DNA of 64,000 nt from Lophium mytilinum (lineage: Eukaryota). Below are positions 23,761-36,407 of the stretch, one piece after another. A program made the position numbers and the translations under genes. Position 1 is the stretch's first letter. Each line of letters opens with the position of its first letter. The notes beneath the pieces were generated by a model. It did not search any database, was not told the DNA's origin, and saw nothing but the letters and a program-made list of their open reading frames with translations. The stretch covers positions 2,527,195 to 2,591,194 of the forward strand of contig MU004182.1 in the NCBI GenBank assembly GCA_010093605.1, in the 5' to 3' direction.

Positions 23761-24527
23761 CGCGTCGAAGGTGGTGGTGATTGGGGTGGTAGGATGGAGT
23801 GCACGGAGCAGAATTGGAGTGCACAGAGAGGGTTTTGTCGACTCGCGGTGGTGAAAGCGCGCGCTGGTCACAGTGTGCGGTGGTGTTGTTGTGGTGTGAA
23901 TCGAGGAACGCGCTCGAAGTCTTTTTGGGAGCAGGCGGGCTAAGCGATGTTTACAGGGATCAGCTGCCAAGACTGGTGCGGCTCTGCGAAGTGGGACAGT
24001 TTAACTCTGGACAGAATAGAGGGGTCGCCCAAGCTTCACTCGCAGGCAGTTACGTGGTACTGGAACAGCAGTCGACAGGCAGCTCTCAAGAAGCAGTCTT
24101 GGTTCAACAAAAAGCTGTGATTTCAACAACGTGCGAGGTGGCTCGGAGAGCTAGTACGCTCGCTAAAAGTGCAGCTTTATCGAGGACCTTAAGCAGCAAT
24201 AGTCGAGTGTACACGAAACCGGGTAGAATGCGTGCTTGAGGAAATGACTTCGTACACTGCCACTCAGGTATATTCAATGCAGCCTGATCGTGCTGGCAGC
24301 CTGAGCATTGGCGGCTGCTATGATATGAGATATGAATCCTGCATGATACAAAAGTTCACCAAAATAGCCTTTTTATTCCATTGTCCACGTCTTTTAGCCC
24401 TTCTATGCTAGTACGAAGCAATACCCGCCGTTGTTGTGATCCCAGCAAGTGCGTCATCTGCCAGCCACGCCTGGAGCTCTGCCAAATACACTATACGCGC
24501 CGCCCGCCTCTATACCCCTTCAGCACC

Positions 24528-26454
24528 ATGATTCTGCGGCTCCTATCACTGTTGACCCTCTTGGGTGCTGTCCATGGCGCCCAACCTGATGCGCCGTCCC
24601 CTATTGCAGCTCAGCTACGAGACCTGCAGTGGGGACAGCTCAACTTCCTCCACACAACAGACATCCATGGTTGGCTAGGCGGTCATTTGCAAGAGTAATA
24701 TCCACCCATAGCCTTGACACACTCGTTCTGACCGACGCAGGCCTTCATACTCTGCCGACTGGGGCGACTATGTCTCGTTCACGAAGCACCTCCACCTCAA
24801 AGCTGACGCCGACGGCTCGGATCTCGTCCTCATCGACACTGGGGACCGGATCGAAGGGAACGGACTCTATGACGCCTCAGATCCAAAGGGCCAATACTAC
24901 TTCGACATCGTCAAACAAGCCGATATCGACCTCATCTGCTCTGGCAACCATGAGCTCTACAAGAAGAACTCCTCTGACGGCGAGTTCCGCTATACCGTGC
25001 CCAACTTCAAAGGGAACTACATTGCGTCCAACTTAGACATCTACAATCCGGATACTGGCAAGCTCGAACCGCTCGCACGGCGCTTCAAGACCTTCAAAAC
25101 GAAAAATCAAGGCATTCGGATCCTCGCTTTCGGCTTTATTTTTGACTTCACGGGCAATGCAAATAATACTGTGGTCAACACTGTTGAGGACACAGTCAAG
25201 ACGGACTGGTTCCAAGAGGCTCTCCGGGAGAAGGACATAGACCTTATCGTGGTCTTCGGCCATGTTGCCATCCGCTCCAAGGAATACAGCCTGATCTATA
25301 AAACGATTCGATCCGTTCAGTGGGATATCCCAATCCAGTTCTTTGGTGGACATACCCATATCCGCGATTACAAGGTGTATGATAGCAAATCTGTTGCTTT
25401 GGAAAGTGGTCGATACATGGAGACTCTGGGATTCATGTCGATCAGCGGGCTTAGTTCTGCAGGCAGTAAGACTCAGCCTTCAACACTCCAAAAGCCTAGC
25501 CTAAAGTTCGGACGTCGTTACATTGACAACAATCTGTATTCTCTCTATCACCACAGCGGGAAAAACAACGATACTTTCCAGACCGAACATGGCCGCAATG
25601 TGTCGGCCCAAATCAACGATGCGAGGAAATCTTTGAAGCTCGACGAGCGTCACGGTTGCGCTCCTCATGATCTTTGGGTCAATCGGACTCCATATCCACA
25701 CAAGCAAAGCATCTTCACCTGGCTTGAAAAGGAGGTTTTCCCAAACCATTTCAAGCATTCCTCTCGCGCAAAGGGAGGGAACAAAGCTCTCGTACTCTCA
25801 AACACTGGTGCCATGCGCTTCGACATCTTCAAAGGCCCCTTCACGAAGGACACCGAATTCTTGGTGTCGCCGTTCACTAGTGGCTTCTCCTATGTCAAAG
25901 ACGTTCCCTTCAAGGCTGCTAAACAGCTCCTGAACCTCCTCAACAACGAGGGCCCAATTATGGACGAGATCGCTCGTCAGAACTTGATGCTAGCACCCCC
26001 AGAGCAAATCGCAGGCCGCGCAGATGTCGAAGCTTCGGATGACTTCTATCATTGGAATCTGCCAGGGTCTGGCGCTCAAGTTGCCCTCGGCGATGATAAA
26101 AGCCTCACCCCTGGCTACACGACACAGGACGATGCTGGCAGCGACGGGGATGACACCGTGCACTCCACCATCGCTTTCTACAACGTTCCGAACTGTATCC
26201 AGGCTGCGGTTGGCTTCGAACTGTCCCACGGCAACGCTTCCGAAGTCATTGTATTTGATGACGAAGAGCCTGATAATGTTGACGTCGTCTACAACGAGTT
26301 CATCGAGTCATGGGTGTTGTTGGCGCTTCAATATCTCGGGCAGAAGTACAACGAGTCTGATACCGCGCCATATGTCGAGGGAGAGACCCTGACAACAGTC
26401 ATCACGGACTGGGTGGAGGCAAACTGGGATGTTGAGGGCAAGGAATGCCCATAG
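24528..26454 (+). CDS. Secreted/vacuolar calcineurin-like metallophosphoesterase (5'-nucleotidase-like, yeast YHR202W type)
   Basis: Signal peptide; [28 protein letters not shown] and FGGHTH motifs; intron 24695-24741. Confidence 0.92.
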
Positions 26455-28262
26455 ACTTGGGTTCTCTTGTGCCGGGTTATTGCTAAGCATATACATCTTT
26501 GGGTAGGGCGTTCTTCTGGCTTAAGCTTTGTTGAAATAACAGAAGCATTACGGAGCGTTCATGTTGCAGGCGTTCGTGTGTAGCTCTTCCTATCATTTCG
26601 ACTTTATAGTATCGCAAAGTCGCGCTGAATCTGTAGATATCCTGTATTGACTCGCAGCACAATGCGCCCAGCTTGCTCAATGACACATAAACTTGTTACG
26701 TTTCCGCGCGTTGTTGATAAGTAGACTAAGACGGGGCAATTAGCACATGAAGGAGCAAGGTTCTACCAAATGCGAGAGTCTAGGTCAAGTAGGTATTGTA
26801 AGCACTGAACCCCCTGAAATTCATCTCTTTCATCGAGCTTTCATTCGGTTCCATTCGGCATTTTGTGTCTACGCGTTCCATCCCGGCTTTCTAGTAGCTC
26901 AATTTCTCGTGCAGTCCGCTCCTAGTTCGTCAGCTAAAAGCGCTCTTCTAGAAGTACCCGCGTGGCCTTCAAAGTATACAGACACGGCCCAAGTGGCGCG
27001 AAGCATTATGGAAGCCCAACCTGATCACGGTCATACCAGATGTGCGTACGATGCACGAAAGCCTTATGCTACGCTGGAGAAACAATCGAAAAGCGTTAGC
27101 AAGCCAATGCTGGACGTTCCCGCAACCTTGATATTAACTCCTCAACGGGCTTGCTAGGTCCTGGCTCATTCTCGTAATCTGGTGTGCGCCCATGAGGGTT
27201 CAAAATCCTGCGCGACACGCAAGCTCGAGGCTTGACACATCTCGACTGCCTGTGACCCCCGCTATTCTGACAGGGCGGTACATTATTTTTTTACGTGCTT
27301 CACCGGGAATACCCCTGGCTTGGACAAATACCGTCCCGGTGTCAGTTCTGATCCAGGAGTCGTGGTTGTCAAGCTACATCCAAAAAGGTGGTCGTCGTCG
27401 CGAGAAGCCTCGAGATTCAGTTTTCCGCGACTCAACACCTTTGAGCTTCTTGGCGGCCAAGATTTGCTAAACGGAGCAGGAGGCCACGAGGGAAGACGTC
27501 ACGAGTATGTCATACTCCTGCTTGCTTCCACGTGGTTTGCATTGCCGCTTCCGACTTTACCATAATACCTCACCTCTAAAGGTTTCGCGACTGTTGCTCG
27601 ATGAGATGGCCCCTAGCGGAGGTGAAACCAGCAATCAAAGCGGGTATCAACATTGCGGTGGGTGAGGTGTGCAGTCTCCTTATCGAAGCGGTGTGAAATA
27701 CCTAGATGCTGTAGTACTGAAGAGGTCCATGGCCCGTTTGAAGATGAGGCAGGTAAACAACACCACCTGGGCAACGCCCAACGAACCTCCCAACAACATG
27801 AACTGCTCAAGCAACCTCCACAAAAGTACCGCGATATCGTTCCTTTCTACTGACACTCACAACACCTTTACCCATAATTGCATATCGACCATTGCTAGTC
27901 CATAAGGATTCACCGAATCCAACATCTCACGAAGGACTTATCAGGAGCCGGCAAGCTGTTTGTTTCGGTTCTCGGTATCAATTCACTTCATCACCTCGCA
28001 AATGACTGGTAAGTCATCTTACCTAGAATATGTCATCCCTGGTGGTAGAGTGAGGAGCTTCACCAAGAATCATTCGTGGTCGTCTTTCAGAAGCACAGTG
28101 CCGACCAAATCTGTTCATATTTCTACCTAGCTTCTAATATCCTCATAGCTAAAACAGTTCACTATTAGCTTCCATTATTCGATTCTCCTCCACACTCTCA
28201 CCCGTTCAAAAGTCTCGACAGGACGACGAATTCACTTCAACAGTGTCCTAGCAGCCACCACC

Positions 28263-29219
28263 ATGGCCGAATCCCCGAAGCCCACATTCCCTTCAATGGC
28301 CATCCGTGGCGAAACAGCAGACCACTACATCGTCGAGCGCGAAGGCTCCTGTCTGCCCACCCGGCTCCCGAAAGCCGCCTGTCCCAAACACCTCGTCGAC
28401 GCCTGGATCTCAGGCCAAGCCGACATCGTCGACGACAGGGACTACACCAGAGCGTTGCTTAATGAGCTCGAGATAACTTACACTGGCCCAAGTACGCGTC
28501 CCCACTTCGCCATCTCCAAAAGCCACATCGCTAACTCATATTCTTTAGTTCCCAAACCACCCAAATGGGGCTTCCCAACCGACCACCCCGAACTCTTCGG
28601 CTACCCGCGCCCCATCCCGCCGTTCCTTCCACGCAACCGCGACCGTAACCGCGAAGCTAGGAGCACTGACAAGGACACCACCGCGAGCCCCCTGGCGCCC
28701 GCCCTTACTACCGCCAACTCAGCCACAGAACGCTCCGCTGAGGCTGAACCGGAGTACCCTTGGTCTCTCGCTCACTCCCGCTTACACACTCCATCCTCGG
28801 GCTGGGACTCCCGGCGCCCCGCGCCCTTCGAGCCGCTGCGCGCACAGGCATGGGGCCAAAAGGCGCAGGCGGTTGTGGGGTGTGCGCCGGGGAGTAGTGG
28901 GTTGTCTGAGACGCTGGGGATGGGGTGGACTAAGGCGGAGATGGAGGAATTTGCGGCGCCGGTGAGGGAGGCAAAGGAGAGGGAGAGGAAAGCGGAGCTA
29001 GAGGGGAGCAAGATATGGAGATGGACGGATCCGTGGGATGAGTGGTTCGAAAGGAGTGGGGGGTTGGAGGATGGGGACGGTGGGGGAACGGGACCGGATG
29101 AGGATGTGGATGAGGAGCCGGATTGGGAAGATAGTGGATGGGGATGGGTAGTGGCTGAGGCTGGGGGAAACGAAACAGAAGGGGAGGACGGGTCGGTGGG
29201 GTTTGAGGTGGTGGAGTAA
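28263..29219 (+). CDS. Hypothetical protein (318 aa; Pro-rich middle, acidic Trp-rich C-terminus)
   Basis: Long ORF with a strong Kozak context (CCACCATGG) and coding-like codon bias; no recognisable domain. Confidence 0.65.
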   Translation: MAESPKPTFPSMAIRGETADHYIVEREGSCLPTRLPKAACPKHLVDAWISGQADIVDDRDYTRALLNELEITYTGPSTRPHFAISKSHIANSYSLVPKPPKWGFPTDHPELFGYPRPIPPFLPRNRDRNREARSTDKDTTASPLAPALTTANSATERSAEAEPEYPWSLAHSRLHTPSSGWDSRRPAPFEPLRAQAWGQKAQAVVGCAPGSSGLSETLGMGWTKAEMEEFAAPVREAKERERKAELEGSKIWRWTDPWDEWFERSGGLEDGDGGGTGPDEDVDEEPDWEDSGWGWVVAEAGGNETEGEDGSVGFEVVE

Positions 29220-32015
29220 GAGCGGAGGAAAAGGTATGAGCTACTAGGAGGGATAACTTTAATAACGGGTTTGGACCTGATATTGCTCTCCAAAAGTTAC
29301 TTGTTGAAAGGTATCGCGTGAAGTGTATCTCCTTGCATCTACGTATCTGTAGAAATATAGGAAGAGATGCAGATTCAGCCAGGTCTTGAATCAGGCTGAT
29401 ATCTGAGATGCTACGACTCAGACTGATCTAGGACGATGCATCACGATGGCTTATTTCGTGGTGGACTTAATAGAAATACCACGCGTTCCCCATAGCTATA
29501 CAGTAATGAGAAAAGCGCTTAGCGCTGTACGCCGCAGAGGACGGGCTTTTCATACGAACGCTGCATAGCAGCGAACGGTTTCTCCCTGTACACTAGTGAC
29601 TACATAGAACAGCTGCATGGACCCTAACGCGAGCTACACCAGCGTAATAGAATTTGAAGATAGATAATATCTGAGATGGCTTACATACTTCTCTAGCACG
29701 GTCGGAAGCACCTTAAGACATATTAGATACTCAGGACGTAATGTAGATCTTATCACACTATGTTCGAGATCCAATCGGCAGTTGGTTGATGGACTCAAGT
29801 CAATGGGCCAATCACAGGTGTTTGATAGTCAGCACAGCTACTCACATATTGATCACCTTGTTGACATTGAAGGTTTGAAGGAGAGGGGCAGTGGTCAGAC
29901 TCAGGAGACCGCGTTAAATCTGTCTCAGTTATGATCGTAGACTTCAATTTCCAGACGTTCTTCGTGAGGAAGAGGCTCTATGGGATTGAAGCAATCGATA
30001 GGAGTAATAAGATAAAACAACAGCAACATTTCTAGGCTATTCTTAGGCTAATCGTACTTGACAGGTGATACGAAACAACGGCATCGACGGTAGGGTTGTA
30101 AATTGCAGGTAGGACACGGACGTGCTGGAAGTCTTATCTCAGCATGGAGGGCCTGTCCGGCCTATACTACTGACTCGGTGTTGCCTGTTCCTGAATAATG
30201 CCGCCTTTAGGGCCTACGCCGGGTGTATAAAGCGACCCTATATGCAGGACACGGGCTCTAAAATTTGCTCGGCTAGAGCTAACACGAACAGTGAGGCAGC
30301 CCCAAACATTAAAACAGCGCAGGGCGTTATGGCGACTCGTCGAAATGACGGTGTGCGCACGGCGACAGCGACAGCCAAGTTTCAGGAGCAGAGCTGCGAT
30401 CACATCGTGACATCTAAACGCTCTGCAGGAATGGTGTTGAGGAGCATTCGCCCATTGGTCCTCCTGGTTAGTCAAGTGACGTCCGATCGCGAGCTTCAGC
30501 GATCGACAACCTGGGAAGCACGCGCAGCAGTCGTGCCACAAAAACGGGCACAACACCATCAATCAGGCCAACTGCCCCTCTGCCCCTCTGCCCATCGCTC
30601 GCACAGCGCAGAGATTTACTCTGTCGTGACCTGCAGCACTCACCTCATGACATCACCCAGATTGCAGTCGGTGCCCGTTCAGCACGGTCGGTCGCCAGCA
30701 CTGTTGCACGCGCGGCAAGCCGACTGGCCACAGGGCCCATGCTACGGTGCAACATTCGGCTTGACGATTCGGCAGGTGGCAACCGTGGTTGAGACGTCAG
30801 GTCGTCGTCTGTGTCGCCGTCTGTGTTCGTCTCAGCCAGCATACACGGTCAGGGTCGACGGTCGCGTATTCGGGTTCGCCAGGACTGCAGCAGAACTTCG
30901 GGGCGGGGCCCGAGGGCGGTGGGGAGGCCGATCTTAATCCTAACGAGCCGGCCAGCGCGGGGGAGGGAGTACTATTGCAGCTGGCAGCGGTGGCGACGAC
31001 GACGACACACGTGAGACAGCCAACGCGGTGCTGCGCTGGAGACGAGGTGCTGTGGTGCAGACGGGGTGCAGCAGCGTGGCAGAAAAAGGTGACCTCGCGA
31101 GACAGCTGGCTGCTCGACCAAGAGCAATAAGAAGCCGTCTCGAGCATTCTACACGCCGCCGAGCTGGCAGCTGCTGTCATGTGGCTGTCGCGGAGGAGAA
31201 AGATATCGTGATAGGCCGGGGTGGTGTGATGGCCTTTCGCGATGCAGGCCGTTCTCCCTTGGACCCTCTGGACCCACACTCAACCTCAATCGGTGGTGTT
31301 CAGGCGGGGTTTACCGCGGTCTCTTGATCTGGCCCGGCGCTTTGGACGCGGCCAAGCAGCTAGGCCTATCAGCACGCTCCCGAAGGAATTTGCGCGCCGT
31401 GGTCTGGCCCACCGCGATCAGTGCGTGAACGCTGCGAGGGCCAGGGATGCTAAGGATGCTGCCCGCCTGATAAAACACCAGCCTCACCCGTTGAAGTCTT
31501 CTAGAACCTCTGCCAGTGAATTGAACCCGTCTATACATCCAATCTTCACTGCTGCTCCTTCACCTTCTGTGCGCCTGTCAGCATTGTACCTCCGTCGTCG
31601 TCTACACTTCGCATTCCTAGGAGCCTCCTCCTCGATCGAGATTGCATTCAACCGCAAGCTCGCCCAGCTCTAGAGCTCTCCCCACCATACAAACCGCTCT
31701 TGTACTCAGCACACGCCACGGTATTCGCTTTGTCGCAAACAAGGCCCATACTCCTCCCCGCCGTCCCTCTTCCTCCGTCCTGCTGCGCGTCCCCGCCGCC
31801 GACGACCTTGTCTCGACGTTCTCGGCCATCTGCGCCTGCATGGCTTAGTGGCTTGCAGCTATCAATGAACCTCCCGTCCACGCCTTCCTCAAAACGTCCA
31901 GTACCACCGACTCTCGCCCCGAAGCTGCACGCTTCTATTTAGACCACTTGCACCACTCCATCCATCGCCACTCTGCTCTGTTCCCCCTCGTTTCTCCTCT
32001 CACATCACAGCATCG

Positions 32016-33845
32016 ATGCCTCTGCTGGCAGTGGATCGATTCCCACGGGAGCCAGCACCAGATGCTGTCCAGGACGCACGCTCTGCTCGCCGGACGCGCT
32101 CTCAGCGAAACCACCAGTCCAATTCCAATGCCTCCTCTACTACGCAGTCAGACCGACAGCCCCAGACTTACGGCTACCACCAGACATTCCATACCCACCA
32201 GCAACCCGTACTCAGCTCGCCCCCTCCCACCTATGCCTGTGCGATTAGCTCTCAAGCTGTTGCCCGGATCCACGCCATCGAGAGGACGATAGCAGAGGCA
32301 CCCAGAGACACGCTTCCCTCGTACACGTGTTCTGTGGAACTTGAGGCGCCATTGGGTCTGAAAAATGAAATGGCCACGCCATTTCAGTGGGCCAGCAATC
32401 GTCACTGGAACGACGTGTACGTGACCCTACGCGGCACCCAGCTCAACATCCACCGCATCAAGAACCCCAGCTTTCTCAGCAAAAACCGTAAGCCATGCGC
32501 TGGCAAAACCATCAAATCGTACTCTCTCCAACATGCCGAGATTGGACTGGCAGCAGACTTCAAGAAGTCGCACCTGGTACCGAAGTCGCCCTTTGCCCAC
32601 TTAGTCCCTGCCTCTGCTCGGCAAAAGGTCTATGAGACAGACCCGCATCTTTTCGAGCCAGTCCGCGAGTTTGTCTTGCGGTTGAGAGTTGAGACCGAGC
32701 AGATTCTCCTGTGCTGTCCGACCCAGGATGCACTGTTGGACTGGGTGGAGAGCCTTTGTGCGGCCGTGGACATCGCTCAACCAATTGACGATCGAAGTGA
32801 GCCTCGATATCGCAGCTTGCCCCGTCGGAGTAGGAGGCAGAGAGCGCTCGATGGCACTCGTCTACCAGGAAATCTGGACCACATTGGCACCGTGGCTGCT
32901 GGACGACGACTTCTAGAAGAGCAGGCACGAATCATTGCAACGCTATATCCGAATCTCGCCAACAATGCCACCCCTGTAATCGAAAGAACCATACCTGAAG
33001 AACCGCTTGAAACACCTGTCACTCACGATTCGCATGAGAGCGAGCTAGCACACGTCAACTCGGATCCGGAAGCGGAAGATCTCGACCCTGCAGATTTCCA
33101 ATTCGCATCTCGTCGCCCACAGAGCTCCGGTGCAGTTCGTGCCAGCACGGGGAATAACGCGCGAGATTCCACGACAGAATCTAATGGGCTGACTGAGCAG
33201 ATCACGAGGACGTCAACTGTCTCGAGTGTCACTACTACGGACCCCAAATCTCCCCCAAGACAATCCAGCCCCGGATCAAGCATCCGCTACCGCCGCCGCT
33301 GTGCGCCTATCTTACTCGCATCATCACCTAGATCTAGTGACGTCGTCTTCAGCGCCGGCAAGCGCATGCGTATCTACGTGAGAGAAAAGGAGTGCATGTT
33401 GATAGAGTACGAGCCGCAAGCTCCCCGATACGACGCCCACGCCTTCCCTCGTGCTCCAAAGCTTGCGCCGATGCTCGAAGAACCCGCCACAGCTTCCGTG
33501 ACTCCAATGGCTGGCGCACATTCCCAGCGTCCCAATTCACCTCAGCGAGGCCTAAGCGACAACTCTATCGCCCACTCCTGCACCTCGCTCGACGTCGAAG
33601 CTGCGGGCTTTGGACACGAACTCGCCTATACCTCCTCAGTCGAGTCTCCTGACCACTCCCGCTCTGATGGCGACGACATTACATCTGAGCCGCCTTCTCC
33701 TACCATCGCAGACGCACCGCGCAGCGCCAAGGGCGACGCAACGCGGGGCATGATGCGGCTGGGAAAGATTCGGACGAGCGAAGAAGTCGGCGAGGAGGTT
33801 ACTGGGCTGAGCGCCGCATTCGGGGTTGGAGTTCCGATGTTTTGA
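32016..33845 (+). CDS. PH-domain protein with PY motifs (YHR131C/YNL144C-like)
   Basis: PPPTY and LPSY motifs, then W..VYVTLRGTQLNIH, YSLQHAEIGLAAD, LRLRVETEQILL and WVESLCAAVDIA; intronless, 609 aa. Confidence 0.85.
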   Translation: MPLLAVDRFPREPAPDAVQDARSARRTRSQRNHQSNSNASSTTQSDRQPQTYGYHQTFHTHQQPVLSSPPPTYACAISSQAVARIHAIERTIAEAPRDTLPSYTCSVELEAPLGLKNEMATPFQWASNRHWNDVYVTLRGTQLNIHRIKNPSFLSKNRKPCAGKTIKSYSLQHAEIGLAADFKKSHLVPKSPFAHLVPASARQKVYETDPHLFEPVREFVLRLRVETEQILLCCPTQDALLDWVESLCAAVDIAQPIDDRSEPRYRSLPRRSRRQRALDGTRLPGNLDHIGTVAAGRRLLEEQARIIATLYPNLANNATPVIERTIPEEPLETPVTHDSHESELAHVNSDPEAEDLDPADFQFASRRPQSSGAVRASTGNNARDSTTESNGLTEQITRTSTVSSVTTTDPKSPPRQSSPGSSIRYRRRCAPILLASSPRSSDVVFSAGKRMRIYVREKECMLIEYEPQAPRYDAHAFPRAPKLAPMLEEPATASVTPMAGAHSQRPNSPQRGLSDNSIAHSCTSLDVEAAGFGHELAYTSSVESPDHSRSDGDDITSEPPSPTIADAPRSAKGDATRGMMRLGKIRTSEEVGEEVTGLSAAFGVGVPMF

Positions 33846-33846
33846 A

Positions 33847-33870
33847 AGAGAGAGAGAGAGAGGAGGGAGA
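33847..33870. repeat. (GA)n microsatellite just after the stop codon
   Basis: AGAGAGAGAGAGAGAGGAGGGAGA. Confidence 0.8.
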
Positions 33871-34349
33871 AAACGGCAAGGAGACGACGAGAGTGTGTGC
33901 ATGTGGAGTTTCCTCTATTACCTAGATATCCGACTTGTATTTGTTCTCAGTCGGTGTCTAGTGCTTGGGGCTGCGTTGCTCACGTGTGTGTCTTTCCGTC
34001 TTCTCTAACCCCTCTCTACCTGTCCTACATCTAAGTATGCCACGAGACCAATTATCACCCTTTACGTTTTCCTTACTCTTGGTTTTTCTTTTCATGAGCA
34101 GAAGCTTCGTTAGCGCGCTCCGGTCGATCTAGTTTGATGCGTGGGACCTGCATATGATACCCCCGACGAGAAATTTGTTACTGTTCTAGATAGTAGGCTG
34201 CGTGCCTGGTTTATTGCATGCTTATCTGTAATGGGGAGGCGGCGTATGTAGGAGTGGAGTGAGGATCTCGAGCGGGTGGTGTATGAAGGCGATAGCTAGT
34301 ATGAGGACTACTACTATATCATGTCATATATTAGGAGAATATGAATCAA

Positions 34350-34487
34350 GTCTAAAGATAGGCGTTACAACCTTTACATTCACCTGTGTTAATAACATGA
34401 GCTTCAGGGGCGTCTTTGATAGCTATTTACACTCGCAAAACGCACGCATGTAAAACAGGTATAGGTATTAGTGTAGTATAGCTAGAG
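34350..34487 (+). repeat. Solo, internally deleted copy of the ~161-bp repeat
   Basis: GTCTAAAGATAGGCGTTACAACCTTTACATTCAC...GGGGCGTCTTTGATAGCTATTTACACTCGCAAAACGCACG...GTGTAGTATAGCTAGAG. Confidence 0.9.
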
Positions 34488-34750
34488 TTCTTATCTAGCC
34501 CTTCTAAGCTTGGGGGGGCGTTCTCGAAACCTTGTTTGTATTTTGTGTTGCGAGCGGTTTGAACTGATACAATCTACAAACCACTTACCAAGCATCTACA
34601 AGCGGTCAAGCAATCACGAGCAGGACTCATGCAGGTAGCATTTATTCGCACATAATATGACACGAGTCTGTATGATAGTCTAAATTGATCCGTTCGCAGA
34701 GAGCTAGGAATAGTGTACAAATACTACACGGCGAACCCGCCATCCACAGC

Positions 34751-36267
34751 CTACAAGATCAGCCGGCCCGGTTCTGCCTCAAGCACGACTTTGACCCTTT
34801 CCAAAAACACTTGCGCTCTTCGCTCATCGCCTTTGGGCACGCTAACGCTGAATACATTGACGGGAGCAACAACGCCTTTGCCGCCGCTGGTTATGGGAGT
34901 GGAGACTGAACGCGGGACACTCTTCTTGCCGGCGAGTATATCGAGGATGTCAGACTTGCCCTTCCTGGGTGCTGGTTTGGACGTCTTCAGCGAAACGGGA
35001 GGGAGAGCTGTGACCTGAGGAACGAAATGGCCCCGAGACACTGAGGGGCCGGAGACCTTGTCCAAGCCCAGAACAGCATTGAACAGCTCGTCCGCTGACG
35101 GCTTCGCTGTTTTCGAGCGGGGGAGGCCGTCGTTGGCCAACTCGGCAGCCCTCGCGATAAAGGTGGAGATGGGCAAGAAAATACCAACGGAGTCTTTAAT
35201 ACGTTTCTGGCACTCGAGCACCGCCGTGAGCGAGATCGGGACTGCAATTTCTGTGTCAAGCTCCTCCACAGCCTCCGGCGCCGCGGCTGGCTTCTCCCGA
35301 GCGGCGTCCTTCTTGGGCGGAGCAATCTTGATGTTGGAGAGGTCCAGATGGCTCAGCTTTTCTATCCGCTTTGATTGTTCTAGAGGATATGACTTCTCGA
35401 TGGCGCCGAGATAGGCGAGGACATCGCCTTTCAGGAGCCTTCCGCCTGGCCCAGTCGATGGTATTGTGTCTGCGTCTTCTTTTGCTAGTCCGTTCTCTTT
35501 GAGCAGCGCGGCGACCGACGGGTAGAGGGGATATTTCTGCTTCTGTGCTTGGGCCTGGGGCGCGGACTCGCTGGACTTCGAGGATGAGGGGGCGGGTGGT
35601 GAGGCTTTCTGCTCCTTAACAGGTGGTGCCGATTCAGCTTTGGGCTTGCTCGCGGATGGTTCCTTGCTCTCTTTCTTCGGCGCCGCTGCGGGCTTCTCCT
35701 CTGGTGGTATTTCTAATGAGCTCAGGTCGTCGTCGGGCTCTGCTGTCACGGCGATCCGGCTTCCGACTTGGATGCCCTTGGTGCCGTCGCCTTGCTGTGT
35801 TATGATCAGCTACGTCCTCTAGCTTGGGAATCGGCGAGCTGTACCGTGATCTTGGCTAGTTTGCCGTCGTCCTGCGCTTCGACGTCCATTTGCGCTTTGT
35901 CGGTCTCGATTTCGAGGAGGACGTCGCCGGCTGAGAAGGAGTCCCCTGGTAGTTGTCAGACTCGAGTCAAATTGCTCAAGATGCCTGGATCCCAAGGATT
36001 CTAGACACATCGTCCAATGTTGCTATACCTTCTTTGACCTTCCAACTTGCGATATTGCCCTCGGTCATCGTCGGCGATAGCGCTGGCATAGTAAAATTAT
36101 GCGCAGCCAAGCTGGCAGGAGCGGGATGGAAAGCTATTTAATTCCCGTCAGTACTACATCCATCCCGAAATGTTCGAGGCGGTCTTACCTCTCGCGGAGC
36201 CATGTTGTCGCAGTTGCCGTCCAGCGACTCGCGCCGACAGTCTACATGCCGAAGCAATTGAGGCCAT
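34751..36267 (-). CDS. PDX1: Pyruvate dehydrogenase protein X component (E3BP), mitochondrial
   Basis: Presequence [13 protein letters not shown]; lipoyl domain [15 protein letters not shown]...[11 protein letters not shown]3-binding [15 protein letters not shown]; no acyltransferase active site; three introns. Confidence 0.93.
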
Positions 36268-36407
36268 GGAGACCCGGCGACAGTGAAATCGCTGGGGAGA
36301 GGGAGGTGTGAGGATGTTGAGATGTCGGCCAGCTTGTTGGGCTTTCGGACGCCGCGCACGGGGATCCGGTGGGTGAACTTCGGCCGCGAAACTTTAATGT
36401 TCGTCGC

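Noticed and set aside
27155..27215. GGTTCAAAATCC T-loop-like motif (tRNA?)
   Set aside because: It has an extra base and no D-arm, anticodon or acceptor stem pairing.
30122..30937. 271-aa ORF upstream of the PH gene
   Set aside because: GTG start, Arg/Cys/Ala-rich non-protein-like composition in GC-rich promoter DNA, and no domain.
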